A DNA stretch of 64,000 nt from Trichoplax adhaerens. Taxonomy: Eukaryota; Animalia; Placozoa. Of this stretch, positions 51,101-64,000 are shown in pieces. The position numbers were made by a program, and so were the translations under genes. Below the pieces are notes generated by a model. It made no database searches. It was not told where the DNA came from and worked only from the letters and a program-made list of their open reading frames with translations. Positions within the stretch are counted from its first letter, which is position 1. Each line of letters starts with the position of its first letter. Location: positions 2,910,580 through 2,974,579 of the forward strand of contig NW_002060951.1 of NCBI RefSeq assembly GCF_000150275.1, written 5' to 3'.

Positions 51101-51946
51101 ATAAAAATGAGGCTATTTAGCTTGTAATTGTCATTCATTCACATCGGAAAACCGTATAAGTTTCACAAAACGTAAAGGTGATTTAATACAATTATAAATC
51201 AAATTTTAATGTAAGTTTGTTGGTTTGTTATTAAGGTACAGTACTTATCGTGATATTTACGATAAATTCTTTGATATGCATGCAGTGACGGAAAGTGGAT
51301 AAGCGGATAGGGTATTCTGTTTGAAAATTTTGATTTTGTAATTTCTCTCAAGAAATACCATATTTTTATACGTAAGCGTATTATGTAGTGTAACTAATTA
51401 TGGAAAGGTAAGGTATTGTGGTTAGATCAATAGTGTTCATCTCATATGATGCTCAGGGCTCTTGTGATCTAAAATACAGCAACTTACACGTGTGCATGTG
51501 TGCAATCTCGGATGTGAAACTATGGAAAGTACTATTTACTATATACCTGTAGATGTACTGCAATATACTACAGTAAAATACGGTACCGTTACCTGCATGG
51601 TAAGGATGGGTATTAAAATTAACCGATGCGAATTTTAGCACTATACGCTAGATTAAGGTTGGTTGTTCAGTGCATAATTTTGTAACTAACTACTGTACTG
51701 TACATTGATAACTATTAACTAAGGAATTTATAAATTACGTGTATTATCACGGACTTCTAGATCTCGGAGATTTAGAAGTCCGCGGTATTATCCAGCACAC
51801 TTTATACCACAGTCTTGCTACTAGATTGAGTAACAGCAGTTGAACACAATTTACTGTTAAATCCTCAAACAAAGTCACAATATGAACTTCTAAATCGCCT
51901 ACAGTGCAACATAAAAAACTACTATTCTTACCTCGTATTTGTCCAT
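48164..51946 (-). CDS. THOC6: THO complex subunit 6 (WD40)
   Basis: Mostly missed by the ORF track. MDKYE|KAILAER...YSPCGKLLAAGDNFG, HSGPIY, GHEDSIH...SEDGSVRFWD, IEPYKH, KWISAMATDTDGNWM|ACGG...SIWHLQS, VLCTAGNS. Stop at 48164-48166. The first coding exon is only 15 nt (51946-51932). Confidence 0.92.
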
Positions 51947-52105
51947 GTGATGATATATATTGCTCCTTTATTTACTGTAAAAGTTACAATCAGCTACATT
52001 TATTGATTTGTCTTAGCGTGAGTTCACAGTCAGTTAAAACTAAACTTTAAGCTTGAACTTACAGTTAATAACTCTTACATTTTTAGTTTACCATTTATAA
52101 AGCGT

Positions 52106-52340
52106 CTACAGTACTGTACAGTGTACAGTAACTTGATCTCCTGAAAAAGAAAGTACGGTACTGTACAATACTATTAGGGAAATGACAGGACCGACAGTAC
52201 TGTACAGTGCACAGTACCGTAGCATCAGACCTCTATGTACTGTACAGTATATTGCATACCATACAGTACTGTACAGTACCTACTGTACCTGTCTTGATCT
52301 ACAGTATGTAGCTATCTACTGTACTGTACTGTACTGTATA
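52106..52340. repeat. TACTG/CAGTA array upstream of THOC6
   Basis: Direct reading of the repeats 160-400 bp upstream of the ATG. Confidence 0.88.
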
Positions 52341-54692
52341 TTGTCGTTTATAATCATACAGTATGCATCTGCTTATTAAAAGCATACTTGATCTACTGTC
52401 TCTCTCTCTGATGATAGATCTCTATCTTAGCAGTAACACCTGTAACTTTTGTTCGTGATAATTTAGTAAATCTACACTGACATCTCCTTGACATAACAAA
52501 ATAATATTACATACAATAATGTACAGTACAGTACGGCTATCAGATCCGAATGCTTACTGTATCTTGAATGAGATATACTGTATACTGTAGTAGTAATGTG
52601 GAGGCTAATTGTTATTTTGGTCATTTCAATCGTATCACATGTCTGTAATGGTACACTACAGTATACTATCCGTGATTGACATCCAAATTAGCGGTTATTA
52701 CTAAGCATCCACATTATTTTGCAATGTAGCCGTTTCCTGTCTCGTCTCTTTCTTTTTACTATTCTGTAATAATGTACAGTACAGTACTGTACTGTACTGT
52801 AGTAATCCCCAGGTACAACAAGTTCAACCACACACTCCTTAGAATGCTCCTGCCATATGCACGGTCACGGTATATATCACGGTAATCATGACCCTTAGCC
52901 TTTAACGATGCCTAGCTATGTGCTTTAAATCCAGCAGCGGGCTAACGATTTAGTTTGGCAACTTCGTATGACTAAAGTAAACGAAAATACGGTTCGACGC
53001 TGCTAACCCTTATTCATTCCTTTTCAAAATGAATATACACTATACAGTACAGTACAGTATACAAGACGCCTTTTAGCGTTTTATCTCTACAATCCGATTA
53101 GTGATTAAATTAACAACTCACATTTCATATGCTTTAAAATTAGCAATATTGGCTTATGATTTGAACGTCAAAAGTGAAATTATAATTACTGTACCGCATT
53201 TGGCCAAATGAAAGCCATTTTCTATAGTAACCTACTGTGCAGTACATAATCTTCAGTACGCCGTGCAGTACAAGAAAATGGACTAATGCGGTATTTCATC
53301 GTAGAACAGCACAGTAGCTTCAAGTTATAAGTAACTTACTGTATGACTGATGGCGTGAGGATGAAGTCCGATGGATTGCTAGAAAAAGACCTGGACTGCA
53401 CACTTCACTCTATTCGTTATAATATAATGATCATTAAGCGGATGCTTGATTCTGTAATTCACTTATTTTTCGAATTTAAGAAATCTTTCATTGAATTCTA
53501 TTCTGTTTTACTAAGTATACGAGTGTACAGTATTATTCTGGATACGAGCATACGAAATGTGATGTAATATTTTATTTAAAGAAATCTGTGAACTATGATA
53601 TTTAAAGGGTCATTATAATATATCGATAACAATTAATATCTTGAATGACAATTTATTCTAATAATGATATAACATCTTTTTGATATAGTTACAATCCGCA
53701 AGTGGATATCTAATATGATTAAACATGGTTGTATGACGTATTCGTAGTTACGTACTGCACTAGATAATATTCAGGCTAAATTATTTGGCAATGTTTTCAT
53801 AAGTGGCAAACATGTTCTATAATTGATTATAATTGATAAAATTTTTACACTTTCGATAGCCATAAAGAATTCTGCAATGCGCTTACAAGAACAGCATCAT
53901 CGTTCTCGTTATATACTGCATTTACGGTAGTACTGTTTCAAGTTAGAGGTATTGCATGAATAGGTAGGTATGTACATTGACCACGAAAGAAAAGCCACGA
54001 AGCATACAGAATCATACTCGCATTATTCTTATTTTAGACGTAAGTCGCAAGGTAAACTGTACAACGTTCGCTTGATGAGCGGATAGTAATTTCTGCCGTT
54101 AGAATTTTCACTAAAGTAAATTCTCTACTTTGCACACCTAAAAGAACTAATGAAGTTACTATACCGCAAACAATTAATGCCCTATAAAATTGTTATGTCT
54201 GTATACATTAATTTGAAGTTTCAGTAAAATACAGTTACAGAGGGTCTGCCTAACTTATGGCGGTGCACGAATCGATTTCCTAGAACGTACGATTGAAGGG
54301 TACGATGTACAGTACAGTAATCTATCCCGTAACGTAAATTGCGAACAGAAAGGCTATGGATTATCAATTTTACATGAGGCAGCTCGTTATTAATGATCGG
54401 TTACATCTTATCATAACTCTCGCAAACCATTACTGGAAGTAGAAAACTACACTAAAACATGCTTAAAATAACGCTAATCTAAGCTAGGATCATATTTGAG
54501 CACAGCATAGCTATTATAAGGCTACTGTCATGGAATGCAACAAAAGCACACCGACTTTAAACTTTATATAAAGGTGTGATTAATTTACAATGACATTAGT
54601 ACGCAATATAACGTTATTAAGAATGCGTTGAAACTAATTAATCGGTATGGCCCAACACAAATTTGTTTTCGAATATTGAAATGATCTCATAA

Positions 54693-59642
<4,950 letters not shown>

Positions 59643-59870
59643 CTCCAGGCCAGTGTTTAATAGTTTCGTTACAGAGCAACACTTTAGGTGATAATTTGAA
59701 GACGATTATGCCATTTAAGTTGCTTTGCACAAATAAAATATTGTAGACCTTGAAAAGATAAATATAATCATAAAATTTTATATGTACGCATAGCCAACAC
59801 TTCGCTTCCACGCCATCGCGTAATGGCGTGAATAAGGCCACGGGATACTCAATTGTGAATGGAAGCAATC

Positions 59871-60820
59871 AGTACAGCACTGTACAGTACAGTCAGTACA
59901 CTACAGTACAGTATGTACAGTACTGTACTGTACAGTACACTGGGAAACAAGTTCTGCTGTACATACTGTACAGTACAGTACAGTACAGTACAATGTTCAG
60001 TACTACAGTACAGTACAGTACTAATAGTGTACACTGAAGGATCGTGAAGGCAGTGAAGTTTTGAACAGACTTTGCTCCGTAGATTACAGTAGACGTCAAA
60101 GAGTCGACTCCAGTCCGGCTTAGAGCCTTAACTGTGGAGACAGCTACTGATATGATGAACGTTTTAACAGAACAGGCCAAATAAATACAGCCTATATACA
60201 GAGGTATAATGGTAGTGTAAGAAGACGTTAGTTTCAGTGAAATAGTATAGAATCATCGACGTTCGGTTCCAAGGGAGCGGGCTATACTATAAAGTATAAT
60301 ACTCAAAACATTTTAAGCGTACAGTAGAGATGATCGAAAGAAAGAAACAGCTATGGTTTAAAAAGACTTTTTACACTTTTTAAACCTCAGTTCCCTTTGT
60401 AAAACGGTACCGTGTATGGTGTATCACTACGGTACTATACAGTACAGTCGGCTTGTACGATAAACTGTACTGTATATCAGCCATACAGTACTGTACCGTA
60501 CATTACAGTATTTCAATGTAAAGTACCGTGTAGTACTATACTGTACAGTAGAGTACTGTACTGTACAGTTACAATGTCAGTATAGTACATACAGTACTGT
60601 ACAGTACAGGACAGATATGATACAGTACAGTAATGCAAAAATGATTGCATAACTTTTGCTACTGATCAGCTGGATCAGATGTAAAAGCTACTACATTACA
60701 GTACAATAGATTAAAAGTACTGTGCATAAACTGCGCACTCTCTTTTTCTTTAGTACAAAACAGTAGTCCTTGACTGTACAATACAGTACTGTACAGTACA
60801 GTACAGTACGTACAGTATGT
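59871..60820. repeat. Two TACTG/CAGTA blocks between PTEN and RAPGEF (59871-60035, 60432-60820)
   Basis: Direct reading of the repeats. Confidence 0.9.
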
Positions 60821-61132
60821 AGAACTCCGAACAGAACGTTATAAAAACACATTTAAAATTGTATTGATCGTAATTATGTTCTTTGTAGTTACAGCACATT
60901 TATTACATCTTAATAAATGTTCTTTTTCTTTTCGTAATTACTATTTTTTTCACTTGCTATTTAAGCAACGTATGAGTTTATATCATCTACTGCATACCTT
61001 TAATAGCATGGAATAATATATGCATATAGTAATTAATAAATTTATCATCGATACTGTAGGCGTAGTTAAAACGATAACGTGTATCAAGTTACTACTGTAT
61101 CAATACTCAACAGCCAGCCGATAGCATTCCTT

Positions 61133-64000
61133 ATGGCCTCTCTTAAATTGGATCGAGAATTTTTTATATCTATAACCAGACCACCGGAGATTAGAAATGA
61201 TGACGTGAGTTTGCTACTAATCTATCCGTCACTAGTTTAATTTCAATAATTTTGAATATCCTGTCATTATTTTTCATTTGTTGCGTTTTAAGTAGTACAT
61301 TATGTGAAATTACACTATACAGTACTAAGAGAATTGATGTGCCGTATTATTTAATATTCAATCGTTTCAGGATATAGATCGCATTTCTTCCAGTCTTTCA
61401 AGTTTAGATGTCCTAAAACGTTATCCCCGCCTTACCTTGAGGTCCTAAAGCCACTTATTACTGATTATTGAATTTTGTGGTTTACGTATAAATTTTAGCT
61501 ATTATATTTATTGATACGCGTATAGGACATTTTATTAATTTGAACTTTTATCTATACTGTACTGTATCATTATGTGCATTATGTACTGCTTTCGTCGTTG
61601 TGCTTACGCGTATTTCTCTTTTATTTCTTGAATTCGCACTCTAGATCGATGTGTGAAACTATGAGATATGAAATTCACCAAGCCAATTACGTTTTATACA
61701 GGTAGGGTAGTTGTACGAGTGATTAATGCTTTAAGTTGGCTTTGAGGCCTATGCCTAGCTTTGAACCTAAATACTTTGATTTGCGGTACATTTTGCTACT
61801 GTATAAATTTTTGAATACCTACTTTAATTTCTGCTTTACAAGAGAAAACAGTGTTTGCGACTGTTGGTACATACTGTTGTCTGGATCTGTTTACATTAAC
61901 GGCTCTATGTATCTCCCCGGAATGAGGTAGATATCTTAATACGTGTATAGCGTTAATCTTGGCTGTTTTTAATCAGATTTGAAATCAGAATATGTGATCG
62001 ATTTATAAAATTATTCAGTTTTGGAAAAATCGCCGAAAATACACGAGGGAAACGTGGCACTCAATGCATCACGTTGGAACAATCAGAATTGTTGGTTATT
62101 GTAAGTCTTTGCGATATTTGTACTGTAGAGCTATCTCCTAGTGTTGAAATCAATGATCTATATTACGCAATTCTGTTGCCTATGAATCTATTTATGTTAT
62201 AGGTAGATTTTTCAGATGTCAGTTTATTATTACCTGAAAAGTACTTCGTCATGCCTCCTTATCAGAATGCAAATGAAATTTCAGGAGAGGTACGTTGCAA
62301 TCAATGCGAGTCTACTACGTATACGACATTTACACAGTATATAAACATTCTTATTTATTATTCTATGCAGAAAACTATTGTAAGTCCAAATAATTTTCGA
62401 CTGTCACCTATTAAGCAGCCTAATATAAATTATGAGTCCAGCCAGAATGATTACTATGATGAATATGATTCTCTAAGTGGAATATCAAGTATGTACAGCG
62501 GAGTACGCGTATATCTTATGATTTTCTAAGACAAGCAAAGATCTGAAATTAATCTAACAATACTTATTCTATTGACTTTTTCCGATTGCAGGTTTGTCGA
62601 GGGAACTCAACGGTATTTCTAGAGTAGTGAAAGTAGTTACTTTGTACTATTGATAGCTTGTGGCTCAACTAATTTTAATATTAACTCATGCATGCATACA
62701 TATAAACCCCTTTAATTTTAGATTCTGATGGAGATGAAGATCTTTTGCAATCAACTGAAGTTTGTATCCTGCAATATTCTGATATTTTTTTGGAAAAATT
62801 ACTAAGATATCCTCTAATTTAAGCGTAATGGGAAAATAAATTGCAATCGAAGAATTAAGTACTATATTAATGAATTTTCTGCAGTCGTTGAGTGGTAGTC
62901 AAGATTATGTGAGGGATATTTTGGAAAAAAAACCTGTAGAAAGAACAAATGCCGATCTTGATATCCTACAGGAGTTTTTGCAGCGTTTCAAGGTTTTATC
63001 GAAATAAATTTTTAGTATTTAGAATTAAATTTTTACTTCATATTCCCTCTATTCTTGTATTAACAGGCATTTGCTAGCATGCCACAGCTAATTTTAAGAG
63101 ATATGTGTGCTGTCATGTACTTTGCTGTTGTTGACAAGGCAGGGACGATCGTTCTGAAGGATAAAGAAAAGGTACGTTTATTAATTTAGATTCAGTTTAT
63201 AATAGTAGATGATTAGAAACCTGATCTGCGTAAAACTTTTCGTTACTAAACAGCTGGATTCTTGGTCAGTAATACTTAACGGATCGGTGACTGTTCAAAG
63301 GAATGGAAATGATTCATTTGTAATGAACGCTGGAGACAGGTAATTGGCCATTTACCTTTATATCTTTTGATTATATTAAATTATGCATTGATTTCGAAGC
63401 GTCTATAACTACAGTAATTATAGCTCTTTAATGAATTTGATGGTAGTTTCGGCGTAGAACCTGTGACTTATGACATGTTCCATGACGGCATAATGCTTAC
63501 GCGAAAAGACGATTGTCAGGTATTTGTAAATGCAGTAGATACATTCTATGCCATTTTGTTCGCCGTCTACAGGCTTGAACTCAGAAGGATATTGTTCTAC
63601 TTGCATGACTCTTGTGATTTGATTGTTTTTTTAATCTATCATCTTGATACTGAGAATACTATATCATATTATAAAATTTTATAATAGTTTGTTTGCATTG
63701 AACAAGAGAAGTATTGGAAGATAATAAGCAAGAAAGAAGAAAATATTCAAAGAATTGAAGAGAACGGGGTACTAGTAACGGTTGCTGAGCTTCGTCTAAC
63801 TGAAAATGGGAGTCATAAGGATTGGATTATTTTAAGAGTAAGTAAATACTAAGCTATTCTACAGATCAGACGGCAGTGCGTTATTTACCGGGAAGTGATC
63901 ATTGAAACCGTCTTTAATTTTGTAGGCTACTCCCAAAAAGCTTTTAGAACACTTGATTGCTGATCATTCGTGTTTAGAAGAGACTTACATTGAAGACTAT
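61133..64000 (+). CDS. RAPGEF2: PDZ-GEF (Rap guanine nucleotide exchange factor 2/6), 3' end outside window
   Basis: MASLKLDREFFISITRPPEIRNDD, CWYILLSGSVYINGSMYLP, VRDILEKKPVERT, MCAVMYFAVVDKAGTIVLKDKEK|LDSWSVILNGSV, DDCQ|FVCIEQ, ATPKKLLEHL (cNMP-binding domains then REM). Pro-ortholog of RAPGEF2/6. Confidence 0.92.

Noticed and set aside
53003-53010. CTAACCCT resembling a telomerase RNA template
   Set aside because: No downstream pseudoknot, CR4/5 or H/ACA domain could be identified.

Overview
AT-rich, gene-dense, intron-rich animal genomic DNA. The compact GT-AG introns, the proteins and the pervasive TACTG/CAGTA repeats suggest a placozoan (Trichoplax-like) genome; that assignment is an inference. 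Manual splicing resolves 12 protein-coding genes: BLMH (+, 5' end outside window), CENPJ/SAS-4 (-), CDK2AP1 (+), MTRFR/C12orf65 (-), FN3K/FN3KRP (+), BUD23 (-), RPS14 (+), RUFY (-), STK36/Fused (+), THOC6 (-), PTEN (-) and RAPGEF2/6 (+, 3' end outside window). Orientation alternates almost strictly, giving five head-to-head pairs, and each has palindromic TACTGTACAGTA-type arrays at or next to the shared promoter. Other highlights are a U12-type first intron in PTEN at the same position as in human, a GC-AG intron splitting the PTEN catalytic P-loop, the CDK2AP1-MTRFR tail-to-tail pair also seen in human, an apparently shortened SAS-4 TCP domain, and candidate alternative PTEN 3' exons. No rRNA, tRNA, CRISPR array or intact transposase was seen. 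Most short ORFs in the supplied track are exon fragments or repeat artefacts. Homology calls are from recognised motifs, not database searches.
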